Below are positions 13,183-26,559 of a DNA stretch of 64,000 nucleotides, one piece after another. Under the pieces are notes generated by a model, which saw only the letters and a list, made by a program, of their open reading frames with translations, was not told where the DNA came from and did no database searches. A program made the position numbers and the translations under genes. This stretch comes from Stegostoma tigrinum. Lineage: Eukaryota. Each line of letters opens with the position of its first letter. Positions within the stretch are counted from its first letter, which is position 1. Location: positions 99,682,472 through 99,746,471 of the forward strand of contig NC_081355.1 of assembly GCF_030684315.1 (NCBI RefSeq). The letters are read 5' to 3'.

Positions 13183-13482
13183 ATGATGGAGGAGGAATAG
13201 GGGGCCTGTGCCAGAGGTCATCCACTCCAGCCTTTCTTCCTTTTCTTATTTTTACCCCTCTCTTTCCTGTCTTTAATCTACTTACCTTGTCCTGATCTTG
13301 GACAGCATCGGCCATGCTGAGAACTCAGTGCACAGGCAGGGCTAATGGATTCTCTTCAAACTACATATTTTTTTCCATATTCTTAAATCATTCAAAATGG
13401 TGCCATTTCGAGGCAACAAATTAAAGCTTTTCACTGTATTTTGTTGTATTTTTACTGTAAAATACAATTTACAATAAAAATC
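13183..13482 (+). mobile_element. Probable short non-autonomous element with a Rex1-like 3' tail
   Basis: Ends aaaatggtgcc…aaagcttttcactgtattt…acaataaa, resembling the Rex1 tail near 63895-63920; recalled similarity only. Confidence 0.4.
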
Positions 13483-15332
13483 AAGATAATTGCATGTTCA
13501 AATTCCCAGTATTCATTAAATGCTTGGCAAGGTCATTGCAGGGAGTACAAATCCATGGGACTGGATTCTCCCTTTCCTGCAAAGAAATTTTGGAAACAGG
13601 AATGGGAATGAAATCAGCAAAGAGTGTGTTGGATTAGTTACTCGACATGTCTCTGCCCTCTGAATGATCTGGTTGAAGGTGGGGTGAGTGCAGCATATGC
13701 TCACAACTGACAGTGAGTGGTAGCCACTTCAGTCTCCACTCGACTAATAACAGGTTAATGCTTCCATCGGTGGGAACATCTCAATAGCAACCTTCCCCTA
13801 TGCGGAATCCTGAAGCCAGCTGGAGGTAGTCTCCACGCAGTGGTGGAGGAAGGGGTGAGGATCACATTTATGCCTTTTCTTCGTCACCACAGCATTGACT
13901 CACTGAGATGCAAGGTGACAGCTGCATCTTCAGGCTGAAGCGTGATCGCCTGAAAGCTGTGCCCATTGTAGTCAGTTTTAGGCAGACAGCCCTTGCACCT
14001 GAAGGTGCCCCCATGGCTTCTTGCTTGCTTCATCATTGCCTATCTCTACCAGACAGGCTACCAGCTGGACATTGCAGCAAGATGGCTGATTATGTCTCTC
14101 ACATAATTACAGAGTGCCTTCAGAAGCACCTTCATTGGCCACCTTACTCGAGATCACAAGTCATGTCCTGCTACAGTAACCAGACTCTTTATTTGGTTTA
14201 AGGCCAATGTCAGATCTCAATACAACCAGGTAAGTCCAGCTCATGAAGTCTACTTTGCTAAGCCATTGAAATGTCAATTTTAATTGATTTACATTTACAG
14301 ATTTTATGTACTTTACAGTTAACTTTGCAATAAAAAAAGGACAAATGCAGTTCTCACACTTGGTAGTAATAGTATACTGATTGATGTTATTTGCAACAAG
14401 ATCCCATTGTCTAAGACCTGGTGGTGCCCAACCCATAACCAAAAACACTGATTCACTGCCAGTTGTAAACATGGCTGAATCAGTGCCAATCAAAATTACC
14501 AGGGCACTCTAAAATCTAAGAGACAGAGGTGGGGAGTCTGTTATGAGTATTATTGTACAATAAGCTTTATTATAAGAGTCAGGCAGCTTTAGTAGTTCCC
14601 TCCAAAGAGGGAATCTGACCTCCCTGAAGTAGGGCTTAAACAGTTAGATGTGAGAATCATTAGCTTTGATTTTGCTCCTTTCTTTGAAATCTCTAATAGC
14701 CCCTTAAAGTCAGAGATATCTGCTCTCCTCTAATTCTGGCCTGGCATGCATCTCCAAATTTAACTGACTAGGTGCAAGACCCTGGAGTACTCTCCCTACT
14801 GTCCCCTGACACTCTGTCATTATCATCCTTTAAGAGATGCCTTTTTGACCAACATTTTGATCATTTTACCTAATGTCCCCTGAGGTGGTTCAGAACAGTT
14901 GAATGGAAACTTACATTAGGAAACAATACATCCTTGTTTTTTTTTAAATCACCAATTTTTGTGATTGGTTAAGTGATTTTAACTTGTTATTGTTCATCAA
15001 AGGAGCATCACAGAAATAACTTTTCTTTAAATTTTCTTTTCAATACATATTTCAAGTCTTTGGTATTCTTTGATTCGAATATTATACTATTCATCTCACT
15101 AAAATCAAATGTCAAACATTTTATTCTTGCTTGATGATGCTGAAGGCATTCAATTAAGCTAAGGCAATAGCACTTAAAAACATTTGAAAAGGTCATTTAA
15201 TCAAATGTCGTGTGATAAAATATTACATTATGAAATCCCCTCTTAAAAATGAATCTGTATTGGTGTTTTTGGTGCTTCCAAAAATTAGATTCGATCCAAT
15301 TCTGTCTAAAACCTAACAAAACTTATTGACTA

Positions 15333-15962
15333 TGTAGAAATGTAGAAACATGCAAAATAGGTACAGGAGCATGTCATTCAATCCTTCCAGCCTGCTTCAC
15401 TATTTATTATGATAATGACTGATCATCATCTCAATAGCCTATTCCTACTTTTCCGCCATATTGTGTGATCCCTTTTGCCCCATGTGCTATATCCAACCCC
15501 TTCTTGAAATCCTGCAGCATTTTGACCTTGACTGCTTTGAGTAGCAAATTCCATAAGCTCACCACCCTTTTGGTGAAGAAACTTCTTCTCATCCCAGTCC
15601 TAAATGTTTCAGGACTACCCACCTTTGGGAACATCATCTTTCCTGCATCTGCCCTGTTTAGTCCTGTTAAAATCTTTAGTTTATTCTCTGTGATTACCAC
15701 CCCCCACCACCCACCACCCCATCATTCTTCTGAACCCCATTAAATATAATCCCAATGAATTTGATCTCTCTTCATTCATTAGGCCTGTCATGCCAGAAGT
15801 TGGTCTGGTAAACCTTTGCTGCACTCCCTCCACAGCAGGAAAATCCTTCCTCAGACGAAGAGACCAAAGCTACACATAATATTCCAAGGCCCTCACCAAG
15901 GCCTTGTATAATTGCAGCAAGACATCCCCGTTTCTAGACTCAACTCTTCTCACTATGAAGAC
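15333..15962 (-). mobile_element. CR1 LINE 3' part
   Basis: Minus ORF 15431..15700 …KILTGLNRADAGKMMFP…RRSFFTKRVVSLWNLL…FKKGLD is CR1 ORF2 C-terminus; tail tagaaatgtagaaacat. Confidence 0.88.
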
Positions 15963-16514
15963 CTGCTTCGTGATTTAAGGAGATTCATAAAGTTAACCAC
16001 AAAACACAAAGTGATTCATTTCAGCAGTAACTGTATTATAAATTAAAATGGGACAAATGACAACTTGACAGTGTATGAAGAAGGGTCAGTGGACCTGAAT
16101 CTCTTTCTCTCCACAGATACTGCCCAACTTTCTGAGGCTTACCAGTAATTTTTGTATTTGTTTGTGATAATTTGCGATATTGAAGGTAAGGCTCAACACA
16201 GAAATTGTATGACATTTATCACTGCAGTATGACGTTTTGATAATTAAAAGAAACAGAAAACAAACTCACGTTAAGAAGGAGGAGTTCAACATCAACATAA
16301 ATGTGAATTGTTGTGTACTGCATTTACAGCAGGGATTTTCCAAATACCTCAGCTTTAAATATGGATCTAGCCAGCTTACTTAACGTTATGAGATTTGGAG
16401 TAAATCCGAGAATGAAATGCTCACACAACAATACTGATACAATTTCAGACTCTTTTGCTGTTTCGTATTTCATATCATTCTACAGATCACTGCTACACAG
16501 AAGTAGCATTGCAG

Positions 16515-16915
16515 ACATCTCAATGGACAACCTCACAACAACCTGAACTGAAAGCTTCATATCAACAACTTGCATTTGTGTAGTACTTTGACTACAACAA
16601 GACATCTCATGACATATCAGAGAAGCATTATCAAACAAAATTTTCAACTGAATGACTTTAGGAGCTTTCCAGTCAGTGGTCAAAACTAAGTCAAAAAGGT
16701 AGTTTCATGAGGTACATCAATAAAGGCCAGAGGTAGAGAGAAGAGGAGGTTTAGGGAATGGATTCCAATCCTTTGGACCTTAGCTCAATCCTTAGTTCAA
16801 GACCTGTTCACCAATGACAGAACAATTAACATCAAGGATGCGCAAGAGGCCAGAATCAGAAACATAAAGTGGTCCCTGCAGGTGATAAGAGTTACAGAGA
16901 TAAGAAGGGGCAAAT
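16515..16915 (-). mobile_element. Old L2-like 3' end
   Basis: caacaacttgcatttgtgtagtacttt…gaggaggtttagggaatggattccaa…gggatg-like/gcaagaggccagaat: reverse complement of the L2-type 3' end also seen at 34290-34720. Confidence 0.55.
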
Positions 16916-19141
16916 TCCTATCCACATCTTGCATGGATAGCTGCTAATCTGACATTTTGCCAATTTCTAAGGAAAGGTGAGGCAGAAAGGTTAAAAAAAA
17001 ATTAAAATAAGAGTCAATCCACAGGGTTATTTCAGGTAATGTTTCAAACCTCTGGACAGAAATTTGCAGATGGGGTATTTGAAAATTTCTGATCTCACTT
17101 GGGATGTCTGGCACAGGAAATTTAACCCACAGAACAAACTTTACAAAGTAAAGTACCATCCACACGATAGATTCTTCCTATTTGCATGGTTACAAATATC
17201 ATCAACCTAATTACAACTGTGTCAAATTTTGTCCCTGTATGTATCTACATGTCTGCACTTCCTGCCAATGCCACTCAAATACATACCAGAAGGAGCACAT
17301 ATCCTTCCATTTTCTTACCAGAACATGTCTGGCACGTGTACAATTATGCTTTCGAGAGGGTTAGCACCATGAAAAAAATTGTTCAATCCATAAACTAAAT
17401 CCTGCAATCTTGCTTTCAACAAATGTTCCCTCTAATTTTACTTCAATGTGCATAGTCAGATTGTTACACTGTATTGTCCCTTTAAGATATTTCATGTAGC
17501 CATACTTAAGTGCATCTAAAGGGACCACTGTATACCTTGTTTATCACCAGCACTTGTCCCCAATCCCCAACATAGTTCTGATTGCTGCATACACACATAG
17601 CTTGGAGGGAAGGTATACATTTTGTGTTACCTTACACCCGTTCGTTCTAACGGTTGTGCCAGAATAAGGCCTACCTGAAAATCCATTCCATTCATTTTTG
17701 ACTGATCAACAAATTTCATCAGATTTGAATGTCCCATTAATACAATGAGAGAGCACAATTCCTATTCTGGTATATATTATTATGCAGTGACCTTGTATGA
17801 TGCAGAGTAAGGGACTAGACATCCAGAGCCAGCAGCCTTTAAGAAATGCTGGAACAGTTTTTTTAATTTCAAAAGTCTATGAAATAGGTGCAAACATTCA
17901 GTTGTCAGGGGTGCAGTCAAGCTCGAATGGTTACTATCCCTATTATGCAGACACCAAACATACAGGGTATAACAGGTACTTGACCCCGCTCTTATGATCT
18001 TTGTCTGGGTTTCCAGAAAAATTAAGAAAAGGCCCAATACATGAACTAATTAGCTGTGTACTGAAAATGTATTTTCATCTGCTGTCAAATTTGAAGAAAT
18101 TGCTTTTCCAACTATGTGTGCAGATACTATCACTTCCATTGTATGTACAATCTCTCAGAGCCTTGCAACAACATGTCAATGTGACATGTCTTCCATGGCT
18201 GAACATAAGATACTGGGTTGTCACTGTGATCAATGACATGATCCATGGTAGCAAGACATGGGTCCTCTGCAATGATTTTCTTTCATTAGTAACCAGGGCT
18301 AGGCTGGTCTTATTGCACTGCAGCTTAAGTTTTATTTGCCGTACAATATCACACTTGTGATAAATTCTCTGAAAAATGTTACTTTCGTGACATTTTGCAA
18401 CCAGGCAACACAAAAAAAATCAATTCTCTGTCTATAAACTTTGGACAGTAATCATACATATTCTGCAACAGCTCCAGCAATAAGATCAGCAACCTTTGCT
18501 GGCCTCTTCTTTCAGCTTGAGTCACAATGAACTTAATCACTGTGGTTAGACTACCTCATATTTTTTCTTTTATTTATTGTTCATATCACATTCACAGCAT
18601 ATTTTCTCTCCAGGTCAGTTGTGTCTCTAGAATATAATAACTTCTTTCTGAAGAAACTGCATAGATTCTGGTTGTCATTTCTTTCTGGTTAAAAATCCCA
18701 GATATTATTTTCAAGGGTGTATTTAGCATTAGTTAAACACCATGAGTCTTGGTAAAATGCCATTATTTTCTGACAGCATATCCAAGTCACGATTTCTTTG
18801 GCACAACTTCTCAGGTTTGAACTAGTTTACAATAAATATAAGATAGTCCCAAAGGCTCTACTGAAGCTTTATATGATGCCAAGCTGTTTTAATATTAGAC
18901 AGAATACTTGGCGATTTGAAACTGAGTTATGGAGAAATACAGTGGGAACACAAAAAAGGTCTTTAGTGCAGTGTTTATGACTATGGAAATTATATAAATA
19001 ATACCAACGTTTTACAAATATATTAAGGGTTTTGAAATTAATAAAGTGGGTGAAAATACTCCTACCTTACACTAAGTTTGTATTTTGTTCTAAAGAACCA
19101 AAAATCAAAACATGAAATGAATTGAATCCACAATCATGGGA

Positions 19142-19354
19142 TCTAATTAGAGGAGCAATACTCTTCAGTTTAACTTCCCAGAAAGTACTCTAGGCCCAAA
19201 TAGAAACAATAGTCCCTCTCACAACAAAATGCATTTCTGCTGCCGAAGACAATACAAAATCAACTTTGATGCAAAGGTTTTGGAAACATTAACCAAAAAA
19301 TTCAGGCCCATCTTGAGCACAAAATTATTATAATTTAAAGCCAAATCTGTCCTC
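19142..19354. repeat. Source arm (213 bp) of an inverted duplication
   Basis: Reverse complement matches 19760-19972 without indels; about 23 mismatches by hand count. Confidence 0.95.
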
Positions 19355-19759
19355 AATCAATTTTTTGAACTTTCTGTTTTTTTTTGTGAATTATAAAAGA
19401 TATTCTGAGCAGATAAAATATATCCGGTTGGCAGATAAGGAACAAAGAGTAGGAACAAATGTTCTTTATCTGTCTGGCAGGCAGTGACTAGTAGTATAAC
19501 AGGAGTCAGTGCAAAGACAACTGCTATTTACGTATACATTAATAATTTAGATGAAGGAAATAAATGTAATATTCCCAAGTCTATAGATGACACAAACCTG
19601 AGTGAGATGTGAGGGTGCAGAGATGCTTCAATGTAATTTAGACAAGCTGAGTAAGTGGGCAAATGTATGACCAATGCAGTTTCATGTCGATAAATGTGAA
19701 GTTATCCACTTGGGAGCAAAAACAAGAAGGCAAATTATTGTCAGAGTGGCTACAAATCA

Positions 19760-19972
19760 GAGAACAGATTTAGCTTTAAATTATAACAATTTTGTGCTCA
19801 AAATGGTCCCGAATTTCTAGGTTAAAGTTTCCAAAACCTTTACATCAAAGTTGATTTTGTACTCCCTTAGGCAATAGAAATGTACTTTGTTGTGTGAGGG
19901 ACTATTATTTCTCTTTGACCCTAGAGTACTTTCTGGGAAGTTAAACTGAAGAGTATTGCTCCTCTAATTAGA
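19760..19972. repeat. Inverted copy of 19142-19354 inserted into CR1
   Basis: CR1 reads …ggctacaaatca before it and gagagagagatatgtgcaatga… after it. Confidence 0.93.
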
Positions 19973-20251
19973 GAGAGAGAGATATGTGCAATGAAACTTA
20001 AGTGTTCTTGTGCATCACTCACTGAAGATAAGCATGCACGTTCAGCAGGTGACAGAAGGCAAATGTTACATTGGCCTCTGTTGTGAAAGGATGTTTTGCT
20101 GCAATTACACAGGGCTTTGGTGAGACCACACGTGGAATATAAATATGCAGTTTTGGTCTCCTTATCTGAAGAAGGATGTTTTTGCTATAGAGGGAGTACC
20201 GCAAAGGTTTACAAGACCAATTCCCATGATAGCAGGACTGATATGGGAGGA

Positions 20252-20560
20252 GACGGCACAGTGGCTCAGTGGTTAGCACTGCAGCCTCACAGCACCAGGG
20301 ACCTAGGTTCAATTCCAACCTTGGGTAACTGTCTGTGTGGCATTTGCACATTCTCCCGTGTCAGCGTGGGTTTCCTCCAGGTGCTCCAGATTCCTCCCAC
20401 AGTCCAAAGATGTGCAGGATAGGTGGATTGGCCATGCTAAATTGCCCGTAGTGTTCAGGGGTGTGTGGCTTATAGGAGGATGGGTCTGGGTGGGATGCTC
20501 CAAAGGGTGATGTGGACTTGTTGGGCCAAAGGGCCTGTTTCCACCCTGTAGGGAATCGAA
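20252..20560 (+). mobile_element. HE1-type V-SINE, full length
   Basis: tRNA-derived head (A box tggctcagtgg, B box ggttcaattcc), V-domain gtgtggcatttgcacattctcccgtgtcagcgtgggtttcctcc, CR1-type tail gggcctgtttccaccctgtagggaat. Confidence 0.92.
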
Positions 20561-21599
20561 TTAGAAGTTGAATTGGGTTAGGATTATGTTCAGAAGAATG
20601 AGGGGCAGACCTGATAAAAACTACAGGGTAGATGCAGCAAGGACGTTCCTACGACAGAGTCCAGAACCAGCACTCTTAGGAGAAGCAGTAATCAATTTAG
20701 GACTGAGATGAGGAGACATTTCTTCACCCAGACAGTGATGAGCCTGTTGCTATCACCAAATGCATTCAAGGCCAAGCACTGCATGATTTCAAGTAGAAGT
20801 TGGATATAGCACTTGAGGCTAAAGGGATCAAAGGGGATGGTGGAAAAAAATAGGAACAGGGTTAGATTGCTGAGTTGGATGATCAGCCATGATCATAATG
20901 AATGGCAGAACGGGTATAGGGAGCCGAATGACCTCTGCTGCTCTCTGTGTTTCTATGGCCTTTTCCCATCTCCATCATACGTGCTGAGTTTCTTCAAGCA
21001 AAACTAAAATAAAATTCTGCAGTTACATAACATGTTGCACAACTTGAAGATGTTTCATACCCCTTCAGTGTGGTTGCTTGTGTTCATAAAATGAAATTGA
21101 TCTCTAATATGATTACAATAAAGTTTTAAAAATATTAATCATCATCTTTGGTGCTTGGCTCCTCACTTCATATTTGTCTTCCAATGTCTCTATCTTGTGT
21201 CATTTTTTTTCCCCTCTTGACTATAACTTCTCTCAGTTTCAAGCCAACCAACATTGACATTCCCTTTTTTTCTTCTTAAGAGTTTGTCTCCTCATAAAAT
21301 TAGCTATCCAGTTTCTCCACCCTTTTCCTAATTATGTTTAGCAAATTTTCATGTATATTCATTTTATTAATCAACCCAACGAAATAAGAATAAGACAGAA
21401 GGTACACATTGAAGAACTAAAGTACATAAAAAAGAAAAACCTGAAGTTAATGAGCTGGAAGAAGATGGTAAAGTTACCATCAATTCATCGGACCAGAAAT
21501 ACCATGTTGAGATAAGAGCAACCACAAATGAGATAACAACTGGGAAAGCAGCTGGAGTAGACAAATGACATGGGAACAAACATAATATTAATAATTACT

Positions 21600-21900
21600 A
21601 AGCTGTGCAATGATATTTACTTATTGGAGAATGGCCAAGGAATCCATGCAAATAATAATGATAATCACCTGAAGAAAGAAATCAAAGACATGATAAGAAT
21701 CTCCCTGTTCTTCTGAAAATAGCACCATAGGCTGTTATTGGTTTAATGAAAAGGCTGAAGAGGCTGCAGCTGAACAAGTCTTTTAAAAGATGGCACTTCT
21801 GACAGTGCTAAATTGAAGTATCAACCTAGATTATTACTTAGGCTTGGTCGAGGCATTGAACTCAACTTCCTTACTCAACGCATTGAGGTTGAGCTAAAAC
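21600..21900 (-). mobile_element. Degenerate Deu-domain SINE (SacSINE1-like)
   Basis: ctccctgttcttctgaaaatagcaccatagg…aaaagatggcacttctgacagtgc…caacctagatt…ttgaactcaac resembles the reverse complement of the recalled Deu core. Confidence 0.5.
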
Positions 21901-24900
21901 ATAAGACAGTTACTTGAGGATATGTCTGAAATAGTTACTGGCTTGAGAAAACAGTTTGTATTTTCTACAGATGAAACCGTCTTAAATCTGAAATGGTACA
22001 TCTAAAAAGGCATTTGTTTCAGTTTATTTTTTACATCTTCCTTCACAGGACTATTGAGATAGGGCTGATGGGATCATTAAACTATGATTCTCTGTTTGTA
22101 TGTTGTTGGATAGTGTAAGTGTTATATAACACAATACTAGATCTATTTATTTATGTTACAAAAGACATGGAATAGCCCCCCCCCATAGGCGTCTGCCTTC
22201 CTCATTCATTGCTATGTAAAAGTATTTACTTGAATGAGAAATTCCCTATTGACAACACTTCAATGGAAATTTTATATGGGCAGTGCCTGAGCAAGTAATT
22301 AAAACTGAGAAATGCTAGTACAAGGAATCTAAACATCATTTTGTTACATCTATTGTTGATTATTAGCATTGAACCACACCCCAGTTTAGCAGGGACAAGG
22401 GAAATATTGGAGGAGGTGAAGATCATGAATTGAAGTGAACTTGCAACATACACTCGGAATTTCGTTTCAATTAGGAAGCGCCAATCTCACAAGGTGTATT
22501 TAATATTACGGTAATATTTCTTATTTCTCATGCAATATAAAACATGCAACATTGGGAATGTGTTACAGAATAATAATTTTGGTTAAGAATGAGAACTTAA
22601 TGGGCTGAATTTTATTGTGGTAATGGCAGCAAAACTGTCAAAGTGCCATGGTATCTCAGAAGCCAGCAGCAGCTACTGGGATGTAGATTACGCAGAATAA
22701 TGTTAAATTTCACTATTAATTAGTCTGTTTCTCAATGTGTTGGAATTGTGTCATCAGCTAAGTAGAAAATTCTTGCATTGAAAATTTCATCAATTAAATG
22801 CTGCCTTTACCACCACACCCACTAAAACATTATTCTAAATGAATGTCACAGTGAGTTCAGACATTGCAGCTTATCTACCAGTAACCACATCTAGTTTTAA
22901 TATTTTGTTTCTCCAATTACTTTTATTAACTTCAGACTGGACATCAAATTAAGAAACAGAACCTCAAAGGTAATCCGGTATAAGGGAAGTAAGTTTGGAG
23001 AAATGAAGGTAGCTGAAGTGGTGTGAGAGTGCGGGGTCTGGTTTGTGGGCACTGGTACCAGCAGTGGGGAAAGTGGAATCTGTATTGATTGGATAGTTTA
23101 CACCTCAACCACATTGGGACTGATTGTGTTAATAACTGCATAAGTAGAAAAGTAGAACCAGTTTTAAACTAGACAGTCAGGGGAAGGGTCCAAATTTGGG
23201 AATTTGTGATGAATCAAGGAGTAGGGAAACAACAATGGAAGAAGGCATTAATGTGAAAAATAAACACACAGTCATTGATAGGACATGACAGGACAGGACA
23301 AAGAATACAGCTCTAAGACTAAAGGTTACAGAAACAAAATAATGAGAAAACTTAAGGCATTGTATTTGAATGCAATCAACATTTGAAATAAAACAGATGA
23401 ACTACTAATACAAACTGAAATAAATATGAACTAGTGGCCATAGAGTGACTTGGTTGTAGGAACCTGCATATTGAAGGGTATGCAACATAGAGGAAGAACA
23501 GGTCGTAGGAAAGGCTTGAGGAGTGGTTTTGTTAATTAAAGATGATATTAGCACAATAAAGCATGACTACCTAAATTCAGAAAACCAAAATATAGAAGTG
23601 GTCTGGGTAGAGATGCGGAATGATAAAGGCAAGAAATTATTTATGGTAGTTGGCAACATTAACCCCATGGTAGGACAAGGTATCAAGGAAGAAATAGTTG
23701 GAGCTTGCTAAAAGAATATAATGATTATTCTGAAGAATTTTGACCTACATATAGACTGGAAAAAAAATCAGATGAGAAAACGCAATCTGGATGAGGAATT
23801 CATTGAATGTTTTTGGACATTGTTTTGTAACCAACATGTTGTGGGATCAACCAGAGTGTAGTATATATCGGGTCTGTTTTTTTTAAAAAAATCAACATGT
23901 TGGGATTAATTCCTGATCTCAGAGAAAGAACCCTTAGGTACTAGTAACCATAATATGACTGAATTACACACACAGTTTAAGGGAGAGAAGTGTTGGTCAA
24001 AGACTACAATTTGAATTTTATCAAAGGCAATTGTGAAGGCATGAAAACAGAGCTAGGAAAGTGAACTGGCAATTTATGTAAAAAGATAACTCACTGAAAA
24101 AGCAACAGGAAGCATTTAAAGAGGTATTCTAGAAAGCCCAGGATAGAATTCCAGCCATTGGCGGTTAACTAAGAAAATCAAAGGTCTTATCACAGTCAAA
24201 GAAAAAAAAACTTATAATTCAGCAAGATGTGTGTCAGGCCAGAAAACTGGACAGGATGTAAAAAACCGCAGAGAATTATTAAAAAATTAATAAGGAGGTA
24301 ACAATTAAAATGAGAGAAAGTTGGCAAAAATATAAAAACAGATAAAAAAGTTTCATCAAATATTTGGAAAACAGATAAGAGTTAACAAAGTAAGTGTTGA
24401 CCCCATACGAAATGAGTCTGGACAATTAGCAATAGAGGTTAAAGAGTCGGTAGATGAATTGAACAAATATTGCGTATCAGTCTTTCCTAGAGCGCAGCAG
24501 AGGAACATCCCAGAAATAGCTGTAAATCAGGAATTGAAAGGGAGAGAACTACTCAAGAAAATTACAACTACCAGTGAAGTAGTACTCAGCAAATTGTCAG
24601 AACTGCAAGTTGACAAGTCCCTGGGACATGATGGATTTTATCCTGAAGTAGCAAGTGAGACAGTGAAGCTTTGGCCTAATTTTCCAAAACTCATGATATT
24701 CAAGAGAGGTTCTTTTAGATTGGAAATAGCTAATGTAACTCCTTCTTTCAAAAAAGGTGGTGCTAGAAAGCAAACCACAGGTCAGTTAGCTTAACATCTC
24801 TCATAGAAACTATTATCAATGTTTTCATAACAGGGCACGTGGATAAGTTCAAGGGAGTCAACATGATTCTGTCAAAGGAAAATCATTTTCCAACTAATTT

Positions 24901-24929
24901 ACTGGAATTCTTTGAAGAACTAATTTATT

Positions 24930-25210
24930 CATAGAATCCCTACACTGTGGAAACATGCCATTCAGCCCAACAAGTCTAGACTAAACTTTAGAGCATCCCA
25001 CCCAGACTCCATCTCCCAATAACCCACCTAATCTACACATCCCTGAACACTACGGGCAATTTAGCTTGCCACATCTTTGGACTGTGGGAGGAAACCAGAG
25101 CACCCGGAAGAAACCCACGCAGGCATGGGGAGAATGTGCAAACTCTACATAGACAGTCGCCCGAGAGTGGAATTGAACCTGGGTCCCTGGTGCTGTGAGG
25201 CAGCAGTGCC
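24930..25210 (-). mobile_element. HE1-type V-SINE (slightly 5'-truncated) inside CR1
   Basis: catagaatccctacactgtggaaac…gaaacccacgcaggcatggggagaatgtgcaaactc…gaattgaacctgggtccctggtgctgtgaggcagcagtgc. Confidence 0.92.
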
Positions 25211-25498
25211 ATGTTTATGCTGTGGATAAAGGTGAATCAGTGGATGTATTACACTCAGATTTCCAGAAGGCATTTGGTAAATTGCCCCATCAAAATTTAT
25301 TGCAGAAAATTAAAACTCATGGAGTTGTTGATAATGCGTTGGCATTATTGGCTGGCTAACAGTAAGCAGAAAGTAGCAATAAATGGGTCTTTTTATAGAT
25401 TGACAGGATGGCACAAGTGGTGTGTCACAGGGGGCCATGCTGGGGTCTCAACACGTTACAATTTATTGGAAAGATCTAGATGAATGAATTAACGGTCT

Positions 25499-25807
25499 CA
25501 TACAATCCCTACAAGTGTGGAAACAGGGCCTTTGGCCCAACAAGTCCACACCGACCCATGGAGCAACCCACCCAGATCCATCCCCCGATAACCCACATAC
25601 CCCTGAACACTACGGGCAATTTAGCATGACTGATCCACCTAGCCTGCACATCTTTGGACTGTGGGAGGGAACTGGAGCACCTGGAGGAAACCTGCGCAGG
25701 CACAGGGAGAATATGTAAACTCCACACAAATAGTCACTCAAGGCTGGAATGGAACCTGGGTCCCTGGTGTTGTGAGGCTGCAGTGCCAGCCACTGAGCCA
25801 CCGTGCT
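25499..25807 (-). mobile_element. HE1-type V-SINE, full length, inside CR1
   Basis: catacaatccctacaagtgtggaaacaggg…cactgagccaccgtgc; reverse complement resembles 20252-20560. Confidence 0.92.
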
Positions 25808-26559
25808 ACACTGGTAGCTAATTTTTTTGTGATACAAAGATAGGCATGAAAGTGGGTTGTGAGGAGAATATGAGCAAGTTACAAAGGGAGACAGATATAT
25901 TAAGTGATTGGACAAAGATCAGGCTGTGGAATACAATATGGAAAAGTATTGTCCACTTAGGCAGAAGGAATGAAAAAGAAGCATAAAATTTAAAGAGTGA
26001 GAGGTTGCAGAGCACAATACATCTGCTACAAAGACATCTGGGTGTCTTTGTGCATGAATCACAGAATATTAGTATGCAGTTGTAGCAAGTAGTCAGGAAA
26101 GCTAATAAAATGTTATGATTTATTGAACAGAATGCAAGAGCAAGGGAGATTATATTTCAGTTATCAAGGGTATAGGTGAGATTCTATCTGGAGTACTGTG
26201 TACGCTAACAGTCACCATACATATGGAAGGATGTTAATGCATTGGAAGCAGTTCAGAGAAATTTACTTGACGGATGCCAGGAATGAGCAGATTGCATAGT
26301 GTGTGAAAGCTTTATAAGCCAGGCTTGTTTTGTCTGGAATTTATAACAATTACAGGTGACTTACTTGAAACATGTGCTCCTGGGGTCACTTGATACGGTG
26401 TATGTAGAAAAGATGTTACCTCTTGTGGGGAGAAACTAGAGCTGGGGGTTATTGTTTAATAATAAGGAGGCGTCTATTTAAAACAGAGATGAAGACTTCC
26501 TTTTTTCTGTCAGAGAGTTGAGAATCATTGGAATTACCTTCCTCAAAAAGCAAATAATT

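Larger units (their letters stand above)
19420..20957 (+). mobile_element. CR1 LINE RT-3' part, interrupted by an inverted templated insert (19760-19972) and an HE1 SINE
   Basis: aagtctatagatgacacaaa (xDDTK), gataaatgtgaagttatccac (DKCEVIH), LQLHRALVRPHVEY, 3' UTR gatcagccatgatcataatgaatggc. Confidence 0.88.
22985..26550 (+). mobile_element. Long decayed CR1 LINE (ORF1 esterase end, AP endonuclease, RT) with two HE1 insertions
   Basis: ORF1 FVGHW…xLHLN at about 23040-23110; ttgtatttgaatgca (LYLNA, start of EN); VWVEMRNDKGKK; ANVTPSFKKG; gatttccagaaggcatttg (DFQKAF); LEAVQR. Many stops. Confidence 0.9.

Noticed and set aside
13279-13320. Minus-strand ATG exon MADAVQDQDK followed by gtaagt
   Set aside because: Good Kozak context and donor site, but it lies inside a probable interspersed repeat and no downstream exon was identified.
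20252-20325. tRNA-like A/B boxes (also near 25740-25807 and 45946-46035)
   Set aside because: These are SINE heads that continue into SINE bodies, not tRNA genes.
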